A DNA stretch of 57,285 bases, filler included, from Catajapyx aquilonaris (taxonomy: Eukaryota), in the NCBI GenBank assembly GCA_000934665.2. It is 4 parts of 4 records of this genome, joined end to end, with 100 filler letters (N's around TTAATTAATTAA, not from the genome) between each part and the next. Parts side by side here need not be neighbours in the genome. Positions count along the whole stretch, not along the records: positions 1 to 14,198 come from JYFJ02007851.1; 3 more parts are not named here. The stretch is one strand, 5' to 3'. Position numbers and translations under genes: made by a program. The notes under the pieces are model-generated. The model was not told the DNA's origin and did no database searches. It saw only the letters and a program-made list of their open reading frames with translations. Position 1 is the first letter of the stretch. Every line of letters starts with the position of its first letter. Shown one piece after another: positions 1 to 12,783 of this stretch.

Positions 1-739
1 TCCGGTGTTCTCCGGTGGGGGCAGTATGATTGCCGGGTACAGACGCCGCAGCTGCCGGCGGAAACTTGCCTTCAAACAAAAGGCCCTACCGTCTCTCCAG
101 GCCCGATTATCATATAGCAGGTAGATATATTCTGAAAGTCCACGTTTTGGACTATCCGAATAACTCACTTCCTGATTTTTAGTTGTTGTCCCACAGACCT
201 TTTTTTGGGCCTCAATAATGGCCAAAATGAGGTTTCTTCAAAATACCCGTTAGTTTCTCCGAGTTTATATATTGTACAACGCTAAATCATTTGCGAGAGA
301 TCAGGTACATGGATATGTCTCCGACAACGTATAATATTTGCAAATTAATACAATTTATGGCAATAAAAAATTCCGAAAGAGAGCAAATTTTGACAAAAAT
401 ACACATATTGCGGAGGCTGTAACTCATTACACAATACATATATCACATAAGTGATTACATTTTCAAATCATACGTCCTATGATCTTAAACAAATGTTCCA
501 TGAAAAGAGTCGCTAGGACACGTAGTTTCTGAGATATTCGATTCCGAAAGTGGCTCGGTTTGAAAGTTGCAATATGTACCCCTGGACATATCCCTTCACC
601 TCTCGTGACCTTGAGGACAGCGAAGCAAAATACTTGGGAAATCGAGAGTTTAGGGATAGGCCTATCTCCCTGCAAAATATTTTGGAAATCTAAAATTCAT
701 GAGCATACCTCGTGATGATTTCACATGGAATGGCCTGTA

Positions 740-1368
740 GGCCAAAATGTTGCTAGACCATCTCGGAATTTGCTGAAAAATATCACAGCTGCACATGACT
801 ATGCCATAACACGTCATGTCAAGTTTCAGCCAAATTACGCAATACCATTGGGAGGGAAAAAATCGCGAAATTTAGGAAAATACTGACAATGAGGCCCTTT
901 CGGAGAATTTTTTTGGTCAGTGGAAGTGGTCAAAACCCAATAAACATAATATACATGAAATGAAAGAGGATCATGAGGGGAATGTGTAAATGGAATTAGT
1001 TTTCCTCTAAAATGTAACCAGAAAAATTATGCGTGGCATTCCATAGGTCACGCACTTGGTCACATGTCCAAGAATTTTTAATTTTTCTGGTTACATTTTA
1101 GAAGAGAACTAATTCCATCGATGCATTCCCCTCGTGATCCTCTTTCATTTGATGTATATTTTGTTTAGTGGGTTTTGACCACTTCCACTGACCGAAAAAA
1201 TTCTCTAAAAGCGGTTCATTTTCAGTATTTTCCTCAATTTCGCGATTTTCCCCTTCCCAACGGTATTGCGTAATTTGGCTGAAACTTGACATGATGAGTT
1301 ATGGCATAGTCATGTGCAGCTGTGATATTTTTCAGCAAATTCCGAGATGGTCTAACAATATTTTGGCC
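740..1368. mobile_element. Fold-back MITE (Tc1/mariner-type, TA target duplication)
   Basis: ~290-bp inverted arms (740-1029 and 1079-1368) starting GGCCAAAAT and ending ATTTTGGCC, TA on both flanks, ~50-bp loop. Confidence 0.85.
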
Positions 1369-1873
1369 TACTTGATTCCGAATGACCCATATACTGCATT
1401 TCGAGGATTTTGGTTTTTGACTGCAGCTGCCCCAAGGTCAAAAACAAATCCCAGACAAAATGAATGCTCAATTATAAGTTACCAGTGACCTAAGGAACAT
1501 AGAAATACCAATGAATTTCCATGGTCAAAAATGGCGTTACATAGTGTAATATGTGTTGTTCTAGCAAAAATGGCGAAACTTGAAGGCTCTTGTGGGGAAT
1601 GAAGCTGAAGTACAAAAATTATAAAGAAATTCACCAGTGTTATACTAGTCCATACACAACTTTTGACACCCCATGCAATTTAATCATAGTTATTGAACAA
1701 CTATCATCTTTTTCGCTCCACCCTGCTTTACATACACTTACAAAGACACATGGAATGTTTACTTCTGTGAGAAGGAATTCACCTGCTGATACTTGAAGCA
1801 TACAGGCAACTGGGCACAAAGTGGTTAACAGGAATCAATCATTGCATATTAGGTCAAAGACACAATTACTCAC

Positions 1874-2356
1874 TTGTTGGGTCGAATAACCCTGACTTTA
1901 TACTCTTCAGGTGCCTTGCTTCTAACTTCTTGCTCTAGTCTCTCCTTGAATCCCGGAAACATGCAATTCCCTCCAGTTAGTAGTATGTTCCTGTAAAAAT
2001 GCGGCTGCATCTCCTTAGGACAGTTCTCCACTGAGTGAACAATGGCTTCGGTAATGCCCATTTGTTTAACTCCAATATCAGATGGGTGGAAGAGGATCTC
2101 AGGCACTGAAAACCTCTCATTACCCATTCTGACCAGCTGTTCCCCATCCTGTGGTTTCCCAGTTGACTCCTCTCTGGACTTCACAAATCCACGTCGGATC
2201 CGGGTGTAGTCAGGCAAGACATAGTCACGTACAATGGAGTTTTCCACTCCTTTTTTGCGGGCTTCCTCCATGTCCTTGTAGAAATTGAGTGAGACAAAGC
2301 AACTGTCCTCCTTGATCTGATTCACAACATAAGTCTCATCCATCATGTGCAACTGC
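1874..2356 (-). CDS. Arp6: Actin-related protein 6, internal coding exon; last exon not found, probably left of the window
   Basis: Acceptor ttttacAG|G joins in phase to give ISYR-QLHMMDETYVVNQIKED...NERFSVPEILFHPSDIG...NILLTGGNCMFPGFKERL. Perfect donor AA|GTGAGT at 1873. Confidence 0.96.
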
Positions 2357-2389
2357 CTGTAAAATTACATCAAAGACAATTTAGTACCT

Positions 2390-2660
2390 GGATATGTAGA
2401 GATGGACTGGTCTTTCAATGCCCCAAAAGCAGCAAGTCCATGGTACACCAAAAAAAGAAACAAAATTCAAGGAATTAAGTCATCTCCAGTGGTTATTGGA
2501 CTATTGGTTAGTTTTCCCAGACATGAAGTCGGCTCACTACTTACAGGGGATCAAAGTGAAATCAATGGACTATGAACTACTCTTAATGTACTCTTTAGAC
2601 CTTCTTATCCTGATCATTGGACTCCTGTAGTTTCAGCGATATTTTGTTTCAAAAAGTGAT
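2390..2660 (+). repeat. Dispersed repeat family; further copies at ~4815-4990 (+) and ~7040-7690 (-)
   Basis: Shared blocks gtgaaatcaatggactatg, gaccttctta...tcattgga...tagtttc..ga.att. Confidence 0.65.
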
Positions 2661-2722
2661 GAGCCACCTTCATGCCAGCTCACCACCTGTTTCAGATCCA
2701 TCTGAAATGAGTGGATTTTGTA

Positions 2723-4561
2723 TTGGGTCATTGACAAAGAACATCAGGTTTATAAAATCCTATAACTCAAAAACTTGTAAATATATCTACAACTAAATGA
2801 TATAAGTTTTGAAAATAATGCTAAGAAACGTCTGAAGTTTTGGTCTTTTAGTGTGTTTTGATATGGGTTCATCTCATGTCAATTCAGGAAATGGTTGTGG
2901 CTCGACCTCTTCCGATTTAACTGAAAAAAATAATGTAGGTAGGTATCCACACCTTATTGCGAAATCCTAAATTTGAGGCCGCTGGAGTCAAATCTCATGG
3001 AGATATAACAATGGAAAGTTCAACAATGACGCCCATGTAAAGTATTTTTAACTGTTCAGACTGTTTTCCCAACACCCACATGTTACATATCAAATGGAAG
3101 GTAATGCAGAGAGGAATAACATGGTTACAAAATATTCAACCTAACTCGAAAAACGACGTCGAAAGAAATTCGCACGTATATGTCCAAATCACTCTATATT
3201 CCCGAGAGCCATAACTCGCGACATTATGATTTTAACAAAGTGATATTTAGGATAATTAGGGCATTCAGCTTTGCCTAAATGCACATGCAAAACCTCATTG
3301 CGATACGTCACTCAGGGTTGAAAATTAAAAATCCCGAAAATATGAATGACCGCATTTTACAGATTTTCGAGCCCAAATATCTCGAGGTGGGGCTGAACCG
3401 ATTTTGACTTTTGGTATGTCAATTGATTCCTTGGATCATTCCCTATTCAGAAATCCATAACACATTCTATCCCTACCTACGTGATTTTTTTCAGTTAAAT
3501 CGGAAGGGGTCGAGCCACAAATTTTCAGAAAATTTCCTAAATTGACATGGAATGACTATGAGCTCAATTTGTCGCTCGGCAGATATCAATACGGGATTCC
3601 GTCTCTTGCCAAACCCACTTAATCAGTCTGTAGTTACCATTGCAATGACTGTTACAATCCTATCCCGTAGGTGCTGGAGCTCCCGGATCTTTTCACCATA
3701 CAGTGTCTTGGATGTATCCCCACAAGAAAAACTCCAGCAAGGTAAGATCTGGGCTTCTGGGAAGCCAGGTGTCTGGAAACTTCTCATTCAAGACTTCAAG
3801 CACAGGCAGGGTAAACAAAATTGATGATGATGAAACTTTCCAATGGCAGGTTTGTTTCCCAGGCAAGGCAACTGTTCAAGTGAATAACTTTGGTGAATTA
3901 ACTGACATAAGTGTCAAATTTGGGGATCAGCAAGCCACGGAAATTCATGAGTATGTTAGTGATTCTGCGAAAATGAATCTTTGGTGTGGGATGCTCTGTG
4001 TTGTAGGCCCTTTCTCTTTTGTTCAAGGAGACCACCATTACAGGAGTCACCTACCTGGACTTGCTTAAGGTTCATGTTTTCCCACAAATTGAAAACTTGG
4101 ATAGAAAAAAAGAGAGATGCCAGGTATTCTCCTGCATGATGGAGCACCTCCCCATTTCAGCCTGCCTGTGCGTGAAATCTTAAATGAGAAGTTCCCCAAC
4201 ACCCGGTCCCCCCAGAAGCTCAGATATTACCCCGATGGACTTTTCTTGCGGGGGATACGTCAAGAACACTGTATATGGTGAAAAGATCCTGGATCTCCAG
4301 CACCCATGGAATAGGAATGTAGCAGCCATTGAAATGGTAACTCCAGACTGATTAAGCGGGTTTGGCAAGAGACCAAAATTAATACCATATTGATATCTGC
4401 CGAGTGACAAATGGAGCTCATATCGAAACACAATATGGTAAGACTAAAACTTCAGACATTTCTTAGCGTTTCAAAACTTCAATCATTTAGATTTTAGATA
4501 TGTCTACAAGTTATCAAGTTGTAGGGTTTTAAAATTGGAACATTCTTTTTAGATGACCCAG
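2723..4561 (+). mobile_element. Decayed Tc1/mariner (Tc3-like) element with 5' end replaced by an inverted copy of its 3' end
   Basis: Transposase relic ~3820-4430: VCF..ATVQV..., SAKMNLWCGM..VGPF, HDGAPPHFSLPVREILNEKFP, PRSSDITPMDF, GYVKNTVYGEKI. Arms 2723-2863 plus 3559-3810 are the reverse complement of ~4160-4561. TA flanks. Confidence 0.85.
2864..3556. mobile_element. MITE nested in the Tc1/mariner relic
   Basis: ~80-bp TIRs (catgtcaatt..tgtggctcgacc.cttccgatttaactgaaaaaaat..gtaggtagg), inserted at a duplicated TA. Removing it restores ttgaTAtgagctc, matching the other arm of the host. Confidence 0.8.
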
Positions 4562-5100
4562 TAGTACTTTTAACCCAGATATACCTGAAGATTATTTGTT
4601 GAATTTTTGAACTTTTATTTTTGTTTTTATTAGTTCATATTAGTTCCCAAAACACAACAATCGAGATAAAACCTTCTTCTGAATGCTTGTTTGTGATAAA
4701 ATGGCCGTTCCTACTGTTCGTACTGTAGTATGGCTATAATATTTAGTAAGCTGTTGATTACATTACTATGCCACACGCCGCGCTCGTGCAACGCCAAGTT
4801 TGTGAAACAGCCTTTACACCACTCATTGGATCCTCCTAGTTTCTGAGTTATTGGGCGTCAAAAGTTTTCCCTCCAAGATATTGAAACTGTGATTGTAAGC
4901 ACCATATTTTGACGTAGTAGTCTGAAATTAATGGTCCTGGCAGCACTTCTCAAGGACTACTAGGTCCATTGGTCTGTTCATTGGGCTTGCATAGTTTCAT
5001 TTTTGTCCTTGTTCAAACATTGGTAATTACACAATTTTGAATCCGGACTTTTCAACTTGATTTGACAAAGCAGTTGGAAATCAATATCATATGCCATTAA

Positions 5101-5289
5101 GGCTATTCACACACGCCACTAAAATCCTGATTTTCCTTGAGAAGATAATGATTTCCGGATGGTATAACACTGGCTGGTTTCCAGAGTCAGCTTTGTAATC
5201 ATGATCGGCAGAGGGAATGGCACGTCTGAACACGACAATCATGATCTACTCTGGGAAAATCATTATTTTAGTGGCGTGTGTGAATGGCT
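5101..5289. mobile_element. Short MITE, PIF/Harbinger-like
   Basis: TIR ggctattcacacacgccactaaaat / attttagtggcgtgtgtgaatggct in a TAA/TTA-rich context. Confidence 0.7.
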
Positions 5290-5403
5290 TATTAACATTT
5301 ATTGGTTCAGAATACCTTCAGAGAAATGTGATTTCAAAAAATGACTTCAATTTCATATCATTGCCCCCCCCCCCCCCCNCCAATGGCCAGTGAAAAGTAA
5401 TCA

Positions 5404-5577
5404 CAGTAACTCCGGATTTAAGAGACTTCAAGGGACTATGGAAATCAGTATCCTATAACTGAGGTTCCCTATATCCAAATACACAGGCCATCTATGGAAG
5501 TATGTCAGGACTGGACTTGGAGTTGGCTAGAACTGAGAGTTGCGTATAGCAGAGACTCTTATATCTGGAGTTGACTG
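5404..5577. mobile_element. Short pogo/Tigger-like MITE
   Basis: TIR cagt-aactccggatttaaga / tcttatatctggagttgactg followed by TA. Confidence 0.55.
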
Positions 5578-7230
5578 TACAGTACTGTACTGAGTGTAAA
5601 GAATAATTCTTGGTAAAAGCTATTCTCTTCCAGTCACTGCACAGTGCCGCGGATTGCAAAAAAGGCAGACAAAAATTGAAATACTTACTTGATCACCGTG
5701 AAAAAATTTTTACCCAGGTTTTCCATGTCGCTGATTTCAAATCTAGTGTCAAAATTATAAAATTCAGCATGGTGGATTCAATATGGCGAATAGGTGTGAC
5801 TATTTTTTCGGCTCTGCGTGAAAATATGCAGGAAGGGGATGAGAGTGAAAGTCATTTGTTACAAAATGAATTCATTTGTAACTCTGAGAACCGTATCCAG
5901 CACTGGGGCTTGCCTCTCACTTCGGAAAACTCCAATATTGATTTAATTCTTGCAAGGAATACAACAGTTTCCGCACATTCGTCATAGCACGATTCTCAAG
6001 GTTGTGATTCCAAGTATTTTAACGCATTTCATAATTAAATCAGCCTAACAGTTGGCCGGTAGTAATTTAATTTCGAGTTTTTACGGCGATTCTCTTGGAA
6101 ATTAATTTTTCGACTTCTAGAAGTGGAAAATTGTTCCAAACATATTCATAGTGTACAGCATGAATGTGTAAGTATAGCTGTTATTATTTGTAAATTATCT
6201 TTTCCGTATCTTCAGAGTACATGCAAGTTGAGCAGAAGCGCCTAGATCTGGGGCTCAATGGGTTAATGATAAGGACCTGGCTGTGGGGGGGTTCATGTAT
6301 GCATCAATATCTCGCAGGCTAGCGGTTTTTAGCAACCAACATGTCACCATTATTTTCCCAAGGGAAAGTACGTAATTCTTTCAAATTCTCTCAAAGGGGA
6401 TTTGGGGGGATTTAAAAAAACTCCAATTAATACTGATCATACACAGTGACTTGAGAAATGACAAAAGTTTAGAATTCTGCGTCATTGCAACATCATTTGA
6501 TGCCTCAAAATGTTCAGTATGGGTTTAAATTGTATATCTAACCTTTCTTCGAAGCATCCATTATGACAACTTAGCCTCAGATCTCTTCTGTAAGAGCAAT
6601 GACCTCCACACTGCCACCTTCCCTCTGAGACTGAGTGCAGGTGGGACCAATTTGAGCCAGTGATTCCCCCATTTCCAGCAGTTTGTCAAGTCATGGCATC
6701 ATCCATGGTTTATTTATAGCCCACTTTTATTGCCCCAAAGGATCAGGAACACAATGCACTGTGTTTCCTGTTAATTGAAGCAATGTTAAAATGTGATTTT
6801 TGTGCACTGGTTTAAAAAAAAATCATTAAGCCAGCATGCAGTTCAAATATGCCGTCATTTCGTCTGTAACAGCTACAAAATGTCCTGATCTTTCACTGAC
6901 AAGTCTTCTGAAAATATACCTGGGAATTGGAGGAAGAGACAACATTGTGATTAAAATTAGCATTGCATATAGCCATGACTTCATAGTTACAACATGAGAA
7001 TAAACATGGACAATAATTAAACTGTGAAAGCTCAATGAATGGGACCAATGGACCTGGTAGTCATCAGGAAGTACTGCCAGGTCCAATAATTTCGAATGAC
7101 TACATCAAATGGGGTGCATACATTTGCTGTTGAAATATTTTGGCAGGAAAACTTTGACACCCAATATCTCTGAAACTAGGGAGGGTCCAATGAGTGGGGT
7201 AAGAAGGTCCAGAGTCCACTGGGAGTAGTA

Positions 7231-7631
7231 CAGTACCCTGCATTAATGGCCATGCACAGACATCGTCACCTGTCCAAGAACGAGCGGAAGTAGGCGTCGG
7301 TGGGCTGCGTCCAAAATACTTGGACAGCTCAAGATATCGTGATTGATTCAAATGCTTGCTACAAAGATGGATCACAGCGGATCACAGATATATCTGTGGG
7401 ATGAATTATAAGGCCATTGCGATTCCTATCAATGTATTGAGGTTGTGAACCAGTTATTACACAGACCACGCGAATGCCTGTTAATCCACCGCGATATCTT
7501 GAGCCGTGTAGAGTGGTCTCGTGAGCAGTCCTGATCATCAAAGTATTTTTTGACACAGCCCACCGACGCCTAGTTCCGCTCAATCTGGCCAGGTGGCGAT
7601 GTCTGTGCATAGCCATTAATGCAGGGTACTG
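7231..7631. mobile_element. Fold-back MITE (CAGT...ACTG ends, TA TSD)
   Basis: Long inverted arms cagtaccctgcattaatggc...gccattaatgcagggtactg with TA on both sides. It interrupts the older repeat copy at ~7040-7690. Confidence 0.85.
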
Positions 7632-8278
7632 TACATAGTCCATTGATTTCACATCGATCTGGTGTAGGTGGTGAGCCAACTTCTTGTGTCGCCCAGAGTA
7701 AAAGTAAAAGGATAAAAATAATCACTCAGAACTGAACAAGAACTCGGTGAAATACTACTGCATCACCTACATTTTATGCATAAAACTTAGGATAACATCT
7801 GAATTTTAAGCATGACTTGAAACATTTTTAATGATCTAGATTCCTTTTGTATTTCGGTCTTTGTCAAATTTTATTTTCTGAATTTCTGACAAAAAATGCT
7901 CGAGTCTTCATATACTGTCATGACATTGCAAAAAAGAGAGGAATTAACACCAAATGAATGAGTGCTGATAGTTGCTCTGTTGAAGGAGGTATTATACGTA
8001 TGTCACCTCTACAGTCAAGAAAATTGCTCGCAATCAGAGCATTTGTAACCAAATGATTGAAATGCTAAGCAGTGCAAGGACTGCAATTGGGAACATTCGG
8101 CCAGGCACAAACAGAGCAGTGTGAGGGCAGCAAGCTGCTTAAAACAGGTCTCGGGCGGGAGAGTAGGGGAGACCGGGGCACAGTGGTCCACTTTTGCACA
8201 TTTGAATTTTTATCAGAGTTCCTGTTATATCTACACATCCAATATTTTCCGGCATGGTGGAAGTACTCATTGGTAATA

Positions 8279-8697
8279 TGAGGGGCGTTCATAAAGTTCA
8301 CGCCTTTGGGTTGAAGGAAATGAGAGAAACGGTTCAAATTGCACACATGCATTAATCCTTCTCTCTATATTAACCCTGAAAAGCCACACATTTTTCCCAG
8401 CGATGCACGACTTGTGGGACACCATTATTGCCGAAGTCGACACTTTGCGCTTGAAAAAAGTTTCCAACATCGGTAAGGCTAAGGAAATGTTGGCGATGCT
8501 CCTCTCCGAAGATGGCGATTTTTTCAACCGACTCCTCATCATGGACGAATGTTGGGTCTACCACTATGACCTAAAGACCAAATTACAGAACAAACAGTGG
8601 AAACGCTCAAAACTCTCCACCGTCGAAGAAGGCCAGAATGCAGTCATCATCTGGGGAGGTTATGCTCAGTGTTTTTTTTTTTTTTTTGGGGGGGGGG

Positions 8698-8733
<36 letters not shown>

Positions 8734-9290
8734 AGATTCCCGCGGATTTTATCANAGAGAGAGAGAGAGAGAGAGAGAGAAGAGAGATTCCCGCGGATTT
8801 TATCACGACTCATTAGGCATGAAAAGGTCAGACCATCACAAGGCAGTATTATCAAGACCTCTTGTAAATGCTGTATCACCAGATCAAGCGGATGAGACGA
8901 GGGATGGTGACGCAAGGTGTGCACAACAACGCACCTGCTCATTCTGCCCATGCAACTGTGGCACTTGCTGGCCAGTTGGTGTACAATATTCTGCCATATT
9001 CCCCGGTCCTCGTCCCTGGAAACTTCTTCCACTTTCGCCACGTGAAGTAACCACTGTGTGGGAAGCATTTTGAAAGCGACGAGGGGGTGATCAGAGAGGT
9101 TGAAAACAATTTTCAAGCACAGTGTCGACTTCTACAATGATGGTGTCCCACAGGTCGTGAATCACTGGGAAAAATGTGTGGGTTTGCAGGGTTCATATAG
9201 AGAGAAGGACTAATACATGAGTGCAATTTGAACCATTTGTTTCTCTCATTTCCTTCAACCCAAAGGCGCGAACTTTATGAACTCTCCTTG
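8279..9290 (+). mobile_element. Decayed mariner element with 5' end replaced by an inverted copy of its 3' end
   Basis: Catalytic-domain relic FFNRLLIMDECWVYHYDLKTKLQNKQW, HNNAPAHSA, PYSPVLVPGNF, WEKCV..QG. 8279-8468 is the reverse complement of ~9099-9290. TA flanks; interrupted by T/G/(GA)n runs. Confidence 0.88.
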
Positions 9291-9377
9291 TATACATCAC
9301 TAATATATTCACAGGCAATGCCATCCCTTTGGCTTAAAATTTATTTCGAAGCTGCCATATGCAAATGGACCACTGTA

Positions 9378-9539
9378 CAGTGCTGGCCATATATCGAGGC
9401 AACCGCCAGCGACATTTTTCCGAAGCGGCAGAAGAAGGAATCTTGCTTGCCCGGCTTGTAGCATGCTTATCTTCTATTCCTTCTTCTGCCGCTTTGGAAA
9501 AATGTCGCTGGCGGTTGCCTCGATATATGGGCAGCACTG
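9378..9539. mobile_element. 162-bp hairpin MITE, TA TSD
   Basis: ~64-bp arms cagtgctg.ccatatatcgaggcaaccgccagcgacatttttcc...gcggcagaagaaggaat. Inserted into the ggaccactgTAcccc motif of an older element that starts at ~8165 (aggggagaccggggcacagtggtcca). Confidence 0.88.
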
Positions 9540-9947
9540 TACCCCAATGCCTGGGATGCAGTGGTCTGGAAGTGATTGGGACCTCTAATTCACACAAGAA
9601 GTATATATTTTTAAAATCGTACATCTAACCCATCTAAATAAATAGGAAATAATAAAAAGGGACTTCTGTTACAGAAACCTCCAGACACAAGTGAAACATT
9701 GTCTCTCTCCGGAAAGTAGACCTTGTCCTGCCACATCGTTTGGCACATGAACTTCATTTCATAATAGTGTCTGTCAAAACCATTAGCATATAAACCTACG
9801 ATGACATTAATTACTGTACAGAGGTAAAAGGGGGCATGGTCGTCCACAAAGAGGTGCACACTGGTCCACTGGACCACTGTGCCCCAGAAGGCAGCAACTG
9901 ACAAAATGTTATGAATCACAGACTCTTCCATTGCAAATGGCGCTTTC

Positions 9948-10600
9948 CAAAAGGAGGAGGCACAAAATATATGGGCGAGTGGCCTTCCGTTCGATTTGTC
10001 TGAAAATTGGATATGTTGTAGCCCAGACCATCCTGACCAATGTTAGATAGGGACATTTCGAGGTAGGACCTACAGGGAGCGTGCTATTGACCTCCGAAGG
10101 TCATATGGGATATGATCTGGTTTTTCGTTCCATTTGGCTGAAAATTGGATATGTTGCAGCCCAGACCATCCTGATCAATGTTGGATAGTGACATTTCGAG
10201 GTAGGACCTACAGGGAACATGCTAATGACCTCCGCAGGTAATAGGGGGAGTAGTAGACTACAATAATAAGTCTCAGGAACTCAATGGTTATTGCATTAAA
10301 TTATCTATTAATCTTTATTACCTATTCATCTGGTTCAAATTCTACTCCTTGAAGGTTGTCATCTGGAGTTTCCTCCAGCTGCACTTCAACATTCATTGGG
10401 TCAATGTAAGGAAGCGAGGTTTCTCTCACAGCAGTCTTCTAGCCTCTTCGATGAATAGCAATTAGCATGCTCCCTGTAGGTCCTACCTCGAAATGTCCCT
10501 ATCCAACATTGACCAGGATGGTCTGGGCTACAACATATCCCATTTTCAGGCAAATCGAATGGAAGGCCACTCGCCCATATATTTTGTGCCTCCTCCTTTG
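9948..10600. mobile_element. Fold-back element with internal 138-bp tandem unit
   Basis: ~140-bp inverted arms (9948-10088 and 10459-10600). The left arm carries two tandem units (tgaaaattggatatgttg at 10001 and 10139). Confidence 0.8.
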
Positions 10601-10633
10601 CAGATTTTTTTCTTGCATACATGTACGTATGTA

Positions 10634-10733
10634 CTATATCGCCCAAAAAGATAGAGACGATTTTGCATTTGACTCAAGTGCAACTTGCACTTGAATCAAA
10701 TGCCAATCGTCTCTATCTTTTTGAGCGATATAG
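10634..10733. mobile_element. 100-bp near-perfect palindrome, minimal MITE with TA TSD
   Basis: ctatatcgc.caaaaagatagagacgatt.gcatttga.tcaagtgcaa / ttgcacttgaatcaaatgc.aatcgtctctatctttttga.cgatatag, flanked by TA. Confidence 0.85.
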
Positions 10734-12394
10734 TACATACTGTACAGTGTACAAATTGAATTATTTTTGTTTTTATAATTTCTGTTGTGTTGATAGAAAT
10801 GTAATGTAGAAAGTAAATATTCAATTAAAAATTAAAGTTCGAAAAAATGTCAATATGTCTCGCGAACCTTTTCTAGAAAAATAATATAAAAATATATGAT
10901 AAGTTTTATTATTTTGATTAAACCTTAGTTAAACCAGCATACACTATCATACAATAGTACATCAAAACCTGTGAGTAGCTCATTTTTGTTGTATTTTCGA
11001 CCATTTACGGTTTATCCGTGGTTTCCGATTATCCTGCGACGCCTGTGCATTCATTAGCCCTGATAATCGGGATTACAGTGTGTTTCATTTTTGTTGGGTT
11101 TCGTTTCTTTTCATTTCCGAGGTGCCAAGCGAATAAGCAATACAGAAGTTGTTTAAAATATTGTATTTTGGGATATGTTTATTCTTTGAACCTTTTCTCC
11201 TAGTCAACCCTTACAATCATGAACACATTAATTTTGTAGCCTGTAATGGATATGTGCATCCATAAAAACCACACAAATACCCATATTCACATGATAATAA
11301 TAATGTTAGTGTGAGATTATGGCACTTACACCCTTAATGAGGAAATGCACCATGGCACATACCACTTTCTTGTTTCGTCACATTTGGCCGTAAATTTTTA
11401 TTATAAAGCAGTGGTATAATATATTATGTTCACTACTATTGCATCTGGCCAAGTGCCTTGATTGTATGTTGCATCTGCCAAGTCATCATCACCAAGAAAG
11501 TATAATTACGGATAGGACACACAAAAATCGATTTTTCTCAGCTTCAAACTTTTACTCATGTACAAAGTGTACCCAATTCAACATTTTTCTTTGTCAAAAA
11601 TTCCTCAACTCTTTCGCACTTTACCACATAGAATAAGAGATGTTGAGATCTGAAAATTATTTTGTATTGCTAGCAATACCACATTCATATCAGAAGTTCT
11701 AAGACCCAATGTATTGCATGCAATACAGTCCTCTAACTCAACAATGGTGCAGAATTTTGAAAAATGTGTAGAATGGGATTTTGTTCGCAGTGCGAAATCA
11801 TACCTAGACACAAAATCTGGAGCTTGTATGTTGAATAGAACTCTTTCGGGTCTGAGGAGGCTATCTTTGGGGAATTTCTGCTCTCAAATGAGCCACCAGG
11901 GGCATTTGGAGGTTTTGCCCTTGGCCAATAGAGCTCTTTTAGTGCATAATCTCTAAAATGTTATTTTTGGCACTTACACCCTTTATCATTTCCACTCAAC
12001 AACTTACGAGATGGCGGGACCTACAAGGGAGCTTAGTGGGTGTTAGAAGTAGAAGAGAAACTTATTGAGTTTGTCTATGTAGGTGTAATATCATGGTTTA
12101 CATGACAAGGACGACATCAAAACCCAGAACAACAGCGACTCCTGCTGCCTGGAAACTACTGCCACACATCTGCCCTCTATTGGGCATCACTAGTATTTGC
12201 ACGCTGCCTCAAACTAAGCCTGCTCCCAGCGTTAGCTGCTCACAGATAAAGCTAACCTCTGCCTAAAATTGACTTCCCTCCCTTTGCTAGTCCAGATAAT
12301 TTAGATGCATAATGCTTGTGCAGTATGAGTTCTTGTACTGTACAGAATGAAGACATACAGGAACAAGGCTGCAAGCTATAAATGCTTTACAAAC

Positions 12395-12783
12395 CTGTAT
12401 GAGATTATTTCCTTGAGGTGATTAGTGAGCAGCTTCCCTCCAACATCAACTCGGACAATGCCTTTCTTGATCATTTTGCATTTGACATAGGGGACGATGT
12501 GAGTGAAGCTGTAGCCTGAATCCACAACTAGGCAGCACATTTCACTGGGACTCTCATCTTTGTGGTATTTGTAGGAGCTCAGCCTTCCACAGTTGGCCCT
12601 CAGCACCGAATGAAATTCATACTCCTCAAAAAGAATCTCATCCATCATCTCTTGGATTGATCCGAAATTGAAGTATGGCTCAGTTATTATGCAACATGTG
12701 CTGCCAAAGTCAACTTTGAATCCATCCTTGCCCACGATGTAGTCCCAAACTGTCTTTTGAATATCCCAGTTCAGGACATAACC
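12395..12783 (-). CDS. Arp6: Actin-related protein 6, internal coding exon
   Basis: GYVLNWDIQKTVWDY...TEPYFNF...LFEEYEF...CCLVVDSGYSFTHIVPY...RVDVGGKLLTNHLKEIISY(R), diagnostic ARP6 motifs. Acceptor cctCAG at 12784, phase-2 donor AG|GTTTGT at 12394. Confidence 0.96.

Noticed and set aside
4569..6266. piggyBac element bounded by TTAACCC...GGGTTAA
   Set aside because: The inverted match does not extend beyond ~8 bp and no transposase relic was seen.
8701..8804. Duplicated (GA)n-gagattcccgcggattttatca block
   Set aside because: The two copies are separated by a single N, typical of an unmerged contig overlap; probably an assembly artefact.
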